From the NCBI GenBank assembly GCA_002772895.1, contig PFCS01000006.1:1-54630 (forward strand): DNA of 54,630 bases, read 5' to 3'. Within the stretch, counting starts at the first letter, position 1. Every line of letters starts with the position of its first letter. Under the pieces are notes generated by a model. The model had not been told where the DNA came from. It searched no databases and saw only the letters and a list, made by a program, of their open reading frames with translations. Below are positions 1-8,983 of the stretch, piece after piece. This stretch comes from Parcubacteria group bacterium CG10_big_fil_rev_8_21_14_0_10_36_14 (GTDB taxonomy: Bacteria > Patescibacteriota > Patescibacteriia > GCA-002772895). The position numbers and the translations under genes were made by a program.

Positions 1-95
1 AACCCAAAAAGAAAGTACTAAGGGATATGATGAGAGAAACATATTTAAACGCGCAAGAAGCGGTTGATTACGGCCTTGTTCATGAGATTATTTAG
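1..95 (+). CDS. clpP: ClpP protease subunit, C-terminal fragment (gene starts upstream of window)
   Basis: Frame +3 reads PKKKVLRDMMRETYLNAQEAVDYGLVHEII then TAG at 93-95. This resembles the conserved ClpP C-terminus. Confidence 0.55.
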   Translation, partial: PKKKVLRDMMRETYLNAQEAVDYGLVHEII

Positions 96-119
96 ATCCT
101 GCAAAAAGCGGGATTTTTT
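96..119 (+). terminator. intrinsic terminator after clpP
   Basis: Hairpin atcctgc-aaaaa-gcgggat (one G-U pair) followed by a T-run. Confidence 0.55.
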
Positions 120-198
120 AATTGACGGATTGACAAAAACACTAGAAAATAGGAAGATAAAAGTATAGCAAGGTTCTTTGAAATGCAGGAGGAAAATT

Positions 199-1428
199 AT
201 GGATTTTCCAGAAAAACATAAGGTAACGTCTTGTCGATTAAATAATGGTATGATGCTTGTGGTTAAGCATTTGCCAATTGCGTCAGTCTTTATAGAAGTA
301 ATAATTGCCGGAGGATCTCTTCGTGAATCAGACAAAAATAATGGGATATCTCATTTATTAGAGCATCTTATTGGTGAAGATGGAAAGATAAAAGAAAAAG
401 AAAAAAGGCCACAATACAAGATAGAACGTTTTGGCGGAGAAATGAATGGTTATACTTCGGAGATAGACACAAGTTTTAGTTTAGAGGTTCATAAAAAATT
501 TTGGATACGATGTCTCAAACTACTTCTTGAATGTATTTTTTATCCCAAGTTTAGTCATAAGGACGTTTTAAAAGAAAGAGCCGTAGTGGTTGACGAAATT
601 GTTGATGCTGATGAAAATTTTTACGACCAGATGACTGAACGTCTTTTTGCTAATCACCCATTATCCAGACCTGTTTTAGGCAAGGATATTTCAGTTCAGC
701 ATATAGGATTAAAACGTTTAATGTCATGGCATAAGAAGTTTTTTTTACCTTCAAGGACGATATTGATTGTCGTTGGGGACGTTGATATTAAAGATGTAAA
801 AAGGACAGTTGAAGCTTCGGTGGTAGGGGCATTTGAAGACAAAAAGATAGAAATAGAAAAGATACCACCCCTTACTATTAATTATAATGCAGACCCAAAG
901 ATAAAAAATATTCAAAATCAAACGTTGATAATGTTTCAGGGTCCGCCAATCTATCATTACGAAGATAGCTTTTATTTTAAACTTATTTCTACTTTTTTTG
1001 ATGATACTTCTATTTTTTCACCCGTATGGAATATATCAAGACCACTTGGTTTGTATAACGCAATGAGAATAGACGATGAGCTTATTTTACCTGTATGTAA
1101 TTTTATAGAGATATATCTTACGACTTCTACAAAGAAATTATTAAAAAAGCTTGAAGAAAGATTTTGGGCTTGGATAAGGAGAGTAGGAAAAGACGGACTT
1201 AGTGAAGCTCTTTTTTTACGCATAAAAAGACTTTATACTATGAAGTTTGAGCGCGATGTTATGTCTGGTGAATGGTGGATTAATTTATTAAGCGATGCAA
1301 TATCCTACGGCTATTTTCATAAAATGGACATTTACTTAGATCCAAATATGGTTAGCAAGGAAAAGATTGAAGATGTTTTCAGAAAATATATATCCGAAGA
1401 CAAATGTGTAATTTTTAGATCTGTTTAA
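199..1428 (+). CDS. M16-family zinc metallopeptidase
   Basis: HxxEH inverted zinc motif in GISHLLEHLIGE. AGGAGG at 186-191 precedes ATG 199; the ORF-track start at 178 lies upstream of the SD. Confidence 0.85.
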   Translation: MDFPEKHKVTSCRLNNGMMLVVKHLPIASVFIEVIIAGGSLRESDKNNGISHLLEHLIGEDGKIKEKEKRPQYKIERFGGEMNGYTSEIDTSFSLEVHKKFWIRCLKLLLECIFYPKFSHKDVLKERAVVVDEIVDADENFYDQMTERLFANHPLSRPVLGKDISVQHIGLKRLMSWHKKFFLPSRTILIVVGDVDIKDVKRTVEASVVGAFEDKKIEIEKIPPLTINYNADPKIKNIQNQTLIMFQGPPIYHYEDSFYFKLISTFFDDTSIFSPVWNISRPLGLYNAMRIDDELILPVCNFIEIYLTTSTKKLLKKLEERFWAWIRRVGKDGLSEALFLRIKRLYTMKFERDVMSGEWWINLLSDAISYGYFHKMDIYLDPNMVSKEKIEDVFRKYISEDKCVIFRSV

Positions 1429-1456
1429 TACAGCTGGATTTCCAGCTGTATTTTAT
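1429..1456 (+). terminator. intrinsic terminator
   Basis: Inverted repeat tacagctgga/tccagctgta followed by ttttatt. Confidence 0.6.
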
Positions 1457-1501
1457 TGGTTAGCTTTAAATTTTTATTCAAATCAGCTATACTAAAAAAG
1501 T

Positions 1502-1993
1502 ATGGATATACAAATCCTAAAATTTTTAAATAACTTTGCTGGGCAAAACTTATACTTAGATGCCATATTTATATTTTTTGCGGTTTATTTTCCGATTGTT
1601 TTTGCGCTTTCGCATTTTTTGTTTTTTATCAAAAATAAAAAAATAGCGCTTTTACTGTGGATCTGGATACTGGCAGTATTCGGATTATTAATAAAAGAAG
1701 TTATTAGTCTGTTTTATTTTAGGGTAAGACCGTTTGAGGTGGTAGATGGTATAAATAAATTAATTGATAAGTCCGCGGGCGACGCATCATTTCCCTCAGG
1801 CCATACTTTAGTGGCATTTGTTTTAGCTTTTAGTGTTTTTTGGCTGGATAAAAAGTGGGGGATAGTTTTTATTTTAAGCGCGCTTTTTATTGCTTTTGCC
1901 AGAATATTTGTAGGTGTGCACTATCCCACAGATATTCTTGGCGGAATGGTTATCGCATTCGCGCTCAGTTTTGTTTTAAGAAAAAAATCTTAA
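1502..1993 (+). CDS. PAP2-family phosphatase (undecaprenyl-diphosphatase/BcrC-like)
   Basis: PAP2 motifs SFPSGHT and GVHYPTDILGG in a multi-TM protein. Confidence 0.8.
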   Translation: MDIQILKFLNNFAGQNLYLDAIFIFFAVYFPIVFALSHFLFFIKNKKIALLLWIWILAVFGLLIKEVISLFYFRVRPFEVVDGINKLIDKSAGDASFPSGHTLVAFVLAFSVFWLDKKWGIVFILSALFIAFARIFVGVHYPTDILGGMVIAFALSFVLRKKS

Positions 1994-1999
1994 AATATT

Positions 2000-3055
2000 A
2001 TGCTATATCCGATTATCATTGCCGGTGGACAAGGAACACGTCTCTGGCCTATTTCAAGAAAAGGAGAGCCAAAGCAAATAAAACCATTTTTGAATGGCAA
2101 AACCTTGCTTAAAAAAACTTATGAAAGATTATCGGTAAATATTCCGGGCGAGAATATTTTTTTATCAACAACAAGCCTCTTGAGTGATGTTATACAAAAA
2201 GAAATACAAAATCTCCCAAAAGGAAACATTATTATAGAGCCTGAGCCAAGAGGGACTGCTGCCGCGTTGGGACTTTCTTTATTTAGAATTTTAAAAAAGG
2301 ATAAGGATGCAATATTTGTTTATATAAATTCTGACAATTTTATACAGGATGAAAAAGAATATCATAAAATTTTGTCTATAGGAGAAAAAATAATTTTGCA
2401 ACATCCTGATAGAATTTTGCTCGTAGGAGTTAAACCAGATTTTCCAGAAATAGGTTATGGGTATATAAAAGTGGGAGATATGGCAGGAGAAACAGATGAA
2501 CACAAATTTTATTCAGTAGAAAAATTTATTGAAAAGCCTAATATTGAAACCGCGAATAAATTTTTAGAAAGTGGAAACTACCTATGGAATCCTACTTTGA
2601 TTATTGCCAGAGCAGATGTTTTTTTAAATTTTTATAAAAAACATTTACCGAAGATGTATGACAAATTAACAGAAATTGTAGAAAGTCCTGAAAAAATTGA
2701 ACAGATATTTCCTACCATAGAGGCAACAAGCGTAGACTGCGGTATACTGGAAAAAGAAAATAATATGTTTGTTTTGCCAGCGGATTTTGGGTGGATGGAC
2801 ATTGGTCACTGGAAGGCGATTTGGGATATGTATGCCTTGGGGATTGATGATAATGTAGAAATAGGCAAACATGTTCATTTGGATAGTCGAGGAAATCTGA
2901 TATACTCTAATAGGCTTGTAGCGACTATCGGACTAGAGAATATGCTTGTTATTGATTCTCATGACGCGCTTTTGGTTTGCCCTAAAAATCGCGCGCAAGA
3001 TGTGAAAAAAATAGTAGAAAAATTAAAGCAAGAGAATAAAGAAGATTATTTATAA
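2000..3055 (+). CDS. mannose-1-phosphate guanylyltransferase-type NDP-sugar pyrophosphorylase
   Basis: N-terminal IIAGGQGTRLWPISR nucleotidyltransferase signature. The 351-aa length is typical of ManC-like enzymes. Confidence 0.75.
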   Translation: MLYPIIIAGGQGTRLWPISRKGEPKQIKPFLNGKTLLKKTYERLSVNIPGENIFLSTTSLLSDVIQKEIQNLPKGNIIIEPEPRGTAAALGLSLFRILKKDKDAIFVYINSDNFIQDEKEYHKILSIGEKIILQHPDRILLVGVKPDFPEIGYGYIKVGDMAGETDEHKFYSVEKFIEKPNIETANKFLESGNYLWNPTLIIARADVFLNFYKKHLPKMYDKLTEIVESPEKIEQIFPTIEATSVDCGILEKENNMFVLPADFGWMDIGHWKAIWDMYALGIDDNVEIGKHVHLDSRGNLIYSNRLVATIGLENMLVIDSHDALLVCPKNRAQDVKKIVEKLKQENKEDYL

Positions 3056-3057
3056 GT

Positions 3058-4113
3058 ATGAAACTAAAAAAAATTCCAATTTATATTTTATTGGCAATCG
3101 TAACGTTTTTATTCATTTTTGCGGTATTTTTTGGTTATTTTTTATCAGAGTTTTATGTTAAACGACCTCCGAAAAATGCCGAACTTGTATTTTTTACGAT
3201 TGAAGAAGGCGAGGGGGCAAATCTAATCGGCCAAAAGCTTGAGGAAGCAGGAGTTATAAATAATAAGCTTGCTTTTAAGGCATATGTGTGGCTTTTTGGA
3301 CTTCAGCTAATTTTTCAGCCGGGGGACTATACTTTAAAGGTGGGTCAAAATATTTCTAAGTTAGCAAATGAGATGACGGCGATAAGAATAAAAGAAAAGA
3401 CTTTTACTATTATTGAAGGCTGGACTCTCAGGGATTTGGCAGAATATTTAATAAAAAAAGAGTTAATAGCCAATGAAAATGAATTATATTATCTAACCGC
3501 TCATCCGGCAGTAGATTACAGAAATGCCAAAGTAGATTTTAAGGGAGGTTGGCAATATGATTTTTTAGCTGATAAACCGGCTTATGTTTCTTTGGAAGGA
3601 TATATCTATCCTGACACTTATCGTATTTTGGCAGACGGAACGGTTGATAATTTATTAAAAAAAGCTTTGGATAATTTTGGTAAAAAACTGACACCCGAGA
3701 TACGCGCGGAAATAAAAAAACAAAACAGAACAATTTTTGAGGTTCTAACAATGGCCAGCATAATAGAAAGGGAGGTAAATAGTTATGAAGATAGAAGAAT
3801 TGTGGCCGACATAATAAGACGCCGGATAAAATACAATATGTCTTTACAGATGGATTCAACTATTAATTATTTTACTAATTCTGGCAGAAGCCGTTCTACG
3901 TATGATGATTTAAGTGTTGATTCTCCGTGGAATACTTACAAATATAAAGGACTTCCACTCGGACCGATAAATAATCCCAGCGTTTGGTCAATAAAAGCCG
4001 CACTTTATCCAACACCAAACGAATATTTATATTTTTTAACGGATAAAGAAGGGCGCGTATATTATGCCAAGACTGGTGCTGAACATCAGGCAAACAGAAA
4101 ATATTTAGACTAA
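3058..4113 (+). CDS. mltG: endolytic murein transglycosylase MltG (YceG-like)
   Basis: N-terminal TM helix, catalytic-Glu motif MASIIEREV, and C-terminal YFLTDKEGRVYYAKTGAEH. Confidence 0.85.
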   Translation: MKLKKIPIYILLAIVTFLFIFAVFFGYFLSEFYVKRPPKNAELVFFTIEEGEGANLIGQKLEEAGVINNKLAFKAYVWLFGLQLIFQPGDYTLKVGQNISKLANEMTAIRIKEKTFTIIEGWTLRDLAEYLIKKELIANENELYYLTAHPAVDYRNAKVDFKGGWQYDFLADKPAYVSLEGYIYPDTYRILADGTVDNLLKKALDNFGKKLTPEIRAEIKKQNRTIFEVLTMASIIEREVNSYEDRRIVADIIRRRIKYNMSLQMDSTINYFTNSGRSRSTYDDLSVDSPWNTYKYKGLPLGPINNPSVWSIKAALYPTPNEYLYFLTDKEGRVYYAKTGAEHQANRKYLD

Positions 4114-4116
4114 ATA

Positions 4117-4150
4117 AAACAAGCGGAAATAGATCCCGCTTGTTTTATTT
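4117..4150 (+). terminator. intrinsic terminator after mltG
   Basis: 10-bp stem aaacaagcgg/ccgcttgttt with a 9-nt loop, then T-rich sequence. Confidence 0.65.
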
Positions 4151-4166
4151 GATAAAATTAAGATAT

Positions 4167-4370
4167 ATGCCTCAAACAATAAAACATGACGATACTATAT
4201 CGTTTGCAAAAAAAGAAAAAGATAACAGCTGGATATATTTGTTGATATTTTTATTTTTTGCTGTGCTAATTGGAGTTTTTGTTTGGTATTTTGGTTTTAG
4301 GGCAAATCAAGGGGACATCATTCAGGATGAAGAACCGATAACTATAAAAAAAGTAATTTCCTCGGAATAA
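4167..4370 (+). CDS. small single-TM hypothetical protein (67 aa)
   Basis: ATG 4167 lies downstream of the terminator stem, so the ORF-track start at 4140 falls inside the hairpin. Hydrophobic core IYLLIFLFFAVLIGVFVWYF. No SD. Confidence 0.4.
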   Translation: MPQTIKHDDTISFAKKEKDNSWIYLLIFLFFAVLIGVFVWYFGFRANQGDIIQDEEPITIKKVISSE

Positions 4371-4374
4371 TAGT

Positions 4375-5529
4375 GTGAAGAACAAAAAACTTACAAAATT
4401 TTTGCCGAGCTGGATATATATGTTTATAGCCGGTATTTTTGCGCTCGCCTGTTTTAATATTATCTTATTTAATATTTTTAATATTGAAGAAGAGGATAGT
4501 TATCTGAACTATAGCCATAAGGCAATGGCAAGTGCCGAGCATTTAAAAAAATCAAAAGTAGTTAAAGGAATATACCTCACCGCTTATACTGTTGGGACAA
4601 GACGTCTGGATGAGCTTATAACCTTTGTTAAAAATAATAATCTAAATGCGGTTGTTATAGACGTGAAAGGTCCGGTGGGTGAACCAGCTTTTCATTTAAA
4701 AAGAGATGCTTTGCAAAAATATAATACACAAAGAGAACTTTACGATGTTGATGGAGTAATCAATAAACTTCACGAAAAAGGTATTTATGCTATAGCCAGA
4801 CTTTTTGTTTTTCAAGATCCGTATATTGTAGGAATTGAGCCTCAATATGCACTGCAAAGAAAAGGCGGAGGGCTTTGGGCCGATTATAAGGGAGTACGTT
4901 GGCTAGATCCGACTCATTTCGGTGTTTGGAAATATACAGTTGAGTTTGCGCGTGAGGCTTATGAGCGGGGTTTTGATGAGGTACAGTTTGATTATATTCG
5001 TTTTCCGTCAGACGGAAATCTTGCAACAATAGAATATTCTAATTGGGACGGCACCACATCGAAAGAAGTAGAGATAGAAAAGTTTTTTGCTTATGTTTCA
5101 AAAGTTTTACGGGGTGTAAAAATCCCTATTTCCGCCGACCTTTTCGGTCTTGTTTGCTGTTATGACGATTATGATTTGGGAATAGGACAAAAATTATCAC
5201 GAGCACTTCCGTATTTTGATTTTATTTCGCCAATGATGTATCCGTCGCATTATGCAAATGGATTTATTGGCTATGCTAATCCGGCAGACGCACCTTATGG
5301 AGTTGTGAAATATAGTATGGATGAGGCTAATAGAATAAGGAACGGATTGCTTTCTTCAACCAGCACTCCGCTGGCAGAACTCAGGCCATGGATACAAGAT
5401 TTTGATATTGGAGCTGTTTATGATTCATTTAAAGTTAATGAACAGATTCGCGCGGTTGAAGAAACTGGTGGAGAAGGGTTTTTGATTTGGAATGCGCGGA
5501 ATGTGTATACAGGTTTAATTACTAATTAA
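4375..5529 (+). CDS. membrane-anchored putative glycoside hydrolase (DUF4015/COG1306-like TIM barrel)
   Basis: GTG start and TM anchor. The motif FDEVQFDYIRFP is characteristic of this family as I recall it. Confidence 0.65.
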   Translation: MKNKKLTKFLPSWIYMFIAGIFALACFNIILFNIFNIEEEDSYLNYSHKAMASAEHLKKSKVVKGIYLTAYTVGTRRLDELITFVKNNNLNAVVIDVKGPVGEPAFHLKRDALQKYNTQRELYDVDGVINKLHEKGIYAIARLFVFQDPYIVGIEPQYALQRKGGGLWADYKGVRWLDPTHFGVWKYTVEFAREAYERGFDEVQFDYIRFPSDGNLATIEYSNWDGTTSKEVEIEKFFAYVSKVLRGVKIPISADLFGLVCCYDDYDLGIGQKLSRALPYFDFISPMMYPSHYANGFIGYANPADAPYGVVKYSMDEANRIRNGLLSSTSTPLAELRPWIQDFDIGAVYDSFKVNEQIRAVEETGGEGFLIWNARNVYTGLITN

Positions 5530-5621
5530 TAATTACGAATTACTAATATAAGTTAGCGATGGTTAAGCGAGTGAGCTTGGCTTTTTTATTTCTTCAAATT
5601 ATATGTTAAAATTAATTCATT

Positions 5622-7652
5622 ATGATTGATTATCAGAAACAATTAAATGAGGAGCAATTCAAGGTTGTTCATGAAGGCGAGGGGCCTTGTTTGGTTTTGG
5701 CCGGCGCGGGAAGCGGAAAAACGCGGACAATAATCTATCGGCTGGCGCATCTATTGGAAAAAGGAATAGAGCCGAAAAATATTTGTTTGGTTACTTTTAC
5801 CAATAAAGCGGCAAAAGAAATGATAAGCCGGGCTGAAATACTTTTGGGATATAGGCCAAAAGGCCTTGTTGGAGGGACATTCCATCATCTTGCTAATTTT
5901 TTGCTTCGCAGATACGGAAAAAGAATTGGTTTGGAGCCGAATTTTACTATTATTGATGAAGATGATAAAAAATCGTTATTAAAATCTTCAATTGCAGAGG
6001 CAGGGGTTGATACGAAAAAACGCAGGTTTCCTTCCCCGGCGGTTTTAAAAAGCCTTTTTAGTTTTTGCAAAAATAGCAGAAACTCTCTTGAGCAAGTATT
6101 GGAGATAAAAAATCCAAAATTTTTGGAGATAAAATCAGAGATAGAAGATGTTCGCCGGATTTTTGAACGTAAGAAAAAAGACGGAAACATGGTGGATTTT
6201 GACGACCTTTTGGTTTTAACTTTAAATTTATTAGAAACACAAGAAGATGTAAGAAGGGGGCTGGCTTATAATTTTAAATATGTTTTGGTTGATGAATATC
6301 AGGATATAAATCCGGTTCAAGCGGCAATTCTTTATCATTTGGCATCACACCATAAAAATATCTTAGTTGTGGGAGATGACGCGCAGAGTATTTATTCTTT
6401 TCGCGCGGCAGATGTAAAAAATATATTAGACTTTCCACGCACCTATCCAAATTCCAAAACATTTCGTTTGGAAACAAACTATCGTTCAACGCCAAATATT
6501 CTAAATCTTGCTAATAATAGCATCATCCATAATGTAAACCAATTTCCAAAAAAATTACGTAGTTTGCGTAAAGATGGAATTATTCCACAAGTAGTTCCTG
6601 CGGGGACAAGAGAAGATGAGGCAAATTTTATTGCTGACAGAATTTTGGAGCTTCGTGATGAGGGTGTAGAACTACGTGAAATTGCCGTGCTTTTTCGCGC
6701 GTCATATCATAGCGAAGTTTTGGAAATGGAATTAACGCGGAGGGATATCCCATATGACTATCGCGGAGGAGTTCGTTTTTTTGAGCGGGCGCATATAAAA
6801 GACGTTATTGCTTATCTCCGCGTTTTTTTTAATTTGCAGGATGAAGCGGCGTGGATGAGGATTTTATCTTTTGGTATGGGCATTGGCCCGGCAACAGCAA
6901 AAAAAATATTTGAGAGTATAAGTGAAAAAAAAGAACCGCGTATGATTTTGGATATAGATAGCACGAGGTTTGGCATAAAAGCTCGCACTTCGTGGGAAGA
7001 AATTTTGAGTGTTTGGAAAAAGTTTGTAAATCTTGAAGCTCGTCCGAATGTTTTTATTGATGAAGTGATAAATTCTTATTACAAGGATTATCTGGAAAAT
7101 AAATATGAAAATGCTGAGGAGCGTTTGCAGGACTTGTATGAAATGGCAAATTATTCGTCGCGATATGAAGATCTGGAAACGTTTTTATCGGAGATAACGC
7201 TTTATGAAGATGTGGCTGTAAAAAGAGAAGCAAGAGCAATAGAAGATGATGAAAGAATTATATTATCAACCATTCATCAGGCCAAGGGACTGGAGTGGAA
7301 GGCGGTTTTTGTGATAAATCTTATTGACGGTGCGTTCCCAAATAGAAGGGCGATGATGGAAGATGGTGGGATGGAAGAAGAGCGCCGGCTTTTTTATGTG
7401 GCCTCAACCCGAGCTAAAGATGAACTTTATTTGTCTTATGCTTTTACCGGTGGAGACGGAGGATATGGTGGTGGTGGCGGTGGCGGCGGAATGTATTTTA
7501 ATGAGCCATCACAATTTTTGCGTGAGCTGGATCGTTCTCTTTTAGAGCAGGTTGAGCTAGAAAATGTAGATGACGACTTGCCGGTTATCGATATTAATGC
7601 AGAAGAATTGCCGAAAAAAAGTTATTTACCCGATATAAAAATAGAATTTTGA
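5622..7652 (+). CDS. UvrD/PcrA/Rep-family ATP-dependent DNA helicase
   Basis: Walker A AGAGSGKTR, VDEYQD, and SF1 motif order. Unusual GGDGGYGGGGGGGG run near the C-terminus. Confidence 0.9.
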   Translation: MIDYQKQLNEEQFKVVHEGEGPCLVLAGAGSGKTRTIIYRLAHLLEKGIEPKNICLVTFTNKAAKEMISRAEILLGYRPKGLVGGTFHHLANFLLRRYGKRIGLEPNFTIIDEDDKKSLLKSSIAEAGVDTKKRRFPSPAVLKSLFSFCKNSRNSLEQVLEIKNPKFLEIKSEIEDVRRIFERKKKDGNMVDFDDLLVLTLNLLETQEDVRRGLAYNFKYVLVDEYQDINPVQAAILYHLASHHKNILVVGDDAQSIYSFRAADVKNILDFPRTYPNSKTFRLETNYRSTPNILNLANNSIIHNVNQFPKKLRSLRKDGIIPQVVPAGTREDEANFIADRILELRDEGVELREIAVLFRASYHSEVLEMELTRRDIPYDYRGGVRFFERAHIKDVIAYLRVFFNLQDEAAWMRILSFGMGIGPATAKKIFESISEKKEPRMILDIDSTRFGIKARTSWEEILSVWKKFVNLEARPNVFIDEVINSYYKDYLENKYENAEERLQDLYEMANYSSRYEDLETFLSEITLYEDVAVKREARAIEDDERIILSTIHQAKGLEWKAVFVINLIDGAFPNRRAMMEDGGMEEERRLFYVASTRAKDELYLSYAFTGGDGGYGGGGGGGGMYFNEPSQFLRELDRSLLEQVELENVDDDLPVIDINAEELPKKSYLPDIKIEF

Positions 7653-7680
7653 TTTGTCATAAAATATTTTTATTAAAATA

Positions 7681-7710
7681 AAAAATCCCTTAAAGAGGGA
7701 TTATTTTTTA
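7681..7710. terminator. bidirectional hairpin terminator
   Basis: Hairpin aatccct-taaag-agggatt flanked by an A-run and a T-run. It sits between the convergent helicase and mini-ORF genes. Confidence 0.5.
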
Positions 7711-7865
7711 AAAAATTTATTTATAACAACAGACAAAAATCCGGAAAAAGTGATTGCAACAACAATGCTAACCAGCCAAACTCCAGAGTCTTTTGTTTTA
7801 TAAAGTCCGAAGAGGATACTTAGGCTAAATAAAAGAACTAAAAGATATCCTTGTTTTTTCTTCAT
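7701..7865 (-). CDS. small membrane protein, 54 aa (below the ORF-track cutoff)
   Basis: Hand translation: MKKKQGYLLVLLFSLSILFGLYKTKDSGVWLVSIVVAITFSGFLSVVINKFFKK. Its ATG overlaps the upstream stop as TAATG. Confidence 0.45.
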   Translation of the reverse strand: MKKKQGYLLVLLFSLSILFGLYKTKDSGVWLVSIVVAITFSGFLSVVINKFFKK

Positions 7866-7999
7866 TATTTTCTTTTTTTTCTTTTGTAATATCTACGAAG
7901 ACCGACTACCATCTTTAGAACGCCGGTACCGAAAATAATTAATGTGAAAAGCGAAAGAAGAATAAGAGAAAAAATCCAAATGCCAGTTTGAAGCGACAT
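7865..7999 (-). CDS. small membrane protein, 44 aa (below the ORF-track cutoff)
   Basis: Hand translation: MSLQTGIWIFSLILLSLFTLIIFGTGVLKMVVGLRRYYKRKKRK. Preceded by TGGAGGTAAAA directly before the ATG. Confidence 0.5.
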   Translation of the reverse strand: MSLQTGIWIFSLILLSLFTLIIFGTGVLKMVVGLRRYYKRKKRK

Positions 8000-8017
8000 T
8001 TTTACCTCCATTTTTGT

Positions 8018-8046
8018 TTGACTACATATTATATGAAATATATAAT
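8018..8046 (+). promoter_or_regulatory. sigma70-like promoter for pyrH (very short leader)
   Basis: TTGACT, 17-nt spacer, TATAAT. The -10 ends 12 nt before ATG 8059 and there is no SD. Confidence 0.45.
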
Positions 8047-8054
8047 TTAATCAA
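8026..8054 (-). promoter_or_regulatory. sigma70-like promoter for the mini-ORF pair
   Basis: Minus strand reads TTGATT, 17-nt spacer, TAATAT. Confidence 0.4.
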
Positions 8055-8058
8055 GAGT

Positions 8059-8751
8059 ATGAAAAAAACAATAGTTATTTCATTAGGTGGTTCGCTGATT
8101 GTTCCCAAAGGCGGGATTGATATTTTATTTTTAAAAAAATTTAAAAAGTTGATAGCAGATTTTGCAAAGAAAGATTATAAAATTATTTTAATTTGTGGAG
8201 GAGGGAGAACAGCACGCGATTACCAAAAAAGCGCGAAAGCAATTACAAAATTAACTCGTGATGATTTGGATTGGATCGGTATTCACGCCACGCGTTTAAA
8301 TGGGCATTTGGTGCGCACTATTTTTAGAGATATCGTTCATCCGACAATTATAAAAAATCCAAATCAAAAAGTGATCTTTAAAGAAAAAGTTTTGATTGGC
8401 GTCGGTTGGAGGCCGGGTTGCTCAACGGATTATGATGCGGTTTTATTGGCAAAAACTTATGGAGCAAAAAAAGTTATAAATCTCACAAATATTGATTATC
8501 TTTATGATAAAAACCCTACAATATATAAAAATGCTAAAAAAATAAAAGAAATTGACTGGCAGGGTTTTAGAAAAATTGTCGGCAATAAATGGGACCCGGG
8601 CGCAAACACACCATTTGATCCGATTGCCAGCCGGGAAGCGCAAAAGTTAGGTTTGGAACTTATTCTTGCAAATGGTAAAAAATTGGATAATTTGAAAAAA
8701 ATTATAAGAGGTGATAAAAATTTTATAGGTTCAATAGTTTATAATCATTAA
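8059..8751 (+). CDS. pyrH: UMP kinase, archaeal-type (amino-acid-kinase fold)
   Basis: IVISLGGSLIV and ICGGGRTARDY, then PGCSTDYDAVLLA, resemble archaeal PyrH rather than the bacterial KLSGE type. ATG 8059 is chosen over the upstream alternative start. Confidence 0.75.
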   Translation: MKKTIVISLGGSLIVPKGGIDILFLKKFKKLIADFAKKDYKIILICGGGRTARDYQKSAKAITKLTRDDLDWIGIHATRLNGHLVRTIFRDIVHPTIIKNPNQKVIFKEKVLIGVGWRPGCSTDYDAVLLAKTYGAKKVINLTNIDYLYDKNPTIYKNAKKIKEIDWQGFRKIVGNKWDPGANTPFDPIASREAQKLGLELILANGKKLDNLKKIIRGDKNFIGSIVYNH

Positions 8752-8777
8752 AACCGCTAAATAAAGCGGTTTTTTTA
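8751..8777 (+). terminator. intrinsic terminator after pyrH
   Basis: Hairpin accgct-aaataa-agcggt followed by tttttt. Confidence 0.65.
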
Positions 8778-8781
8778 ATTC

Positions 8782-8810
8782 TTGACATATATCTATAAGT
8801 ATGTTAATAT
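8782..8810 (+). promoter_or_regulatory. sigma70 promoter of the rplJL operon
   Basis: TTGACA (8782-8787), 17-nt spacer, TAATAT (8805-8810). Confidence 0.6.
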
Positions 8811-8816
8811 AGGATT

Positions 8817-8983
8817 AACAATTAATAGTCGTAGACAGTAGGATTCTTGAAAGAATTAAACATCAGCACTCCTACCGAGACCGCAATTATCTAAATATAG
8901 ATAATTTTCCTCGCGTTCTACGGCCCAAAAGGTCGTTTTTTGTTAGCAGTTAGCAAAAAGCTAATAAAGCTAATAAGTAGAAT
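8817..8983 (+). promoter_or_regulatory. structured rplJ 5' leader (L10-leader-like, with attenuator hairpin 8920-8941)
   Basis: ~165-nt untranslated leader with nested stems (gtagga...tcctac, attctt-gaa-agaat). A terminator-like acggcc-caaaa-ggtcgt plus ttttt sits just upstream of rplJ. Family assignment is from memory of L10 autoregulatory leaders. Confidence 0.45.

Noticed and set aside
7441-7500. GGDGGYGGGGGGGG run in the helicase (ggtggtggtggcggtggcggcgga)
   Set aside because: It is in frame and lies at a position where UvrD/PcrA proteins have a variable loop before the conserved PSRFL-like motif. This is probably slippage-generated low complexity and not a distinct feature.
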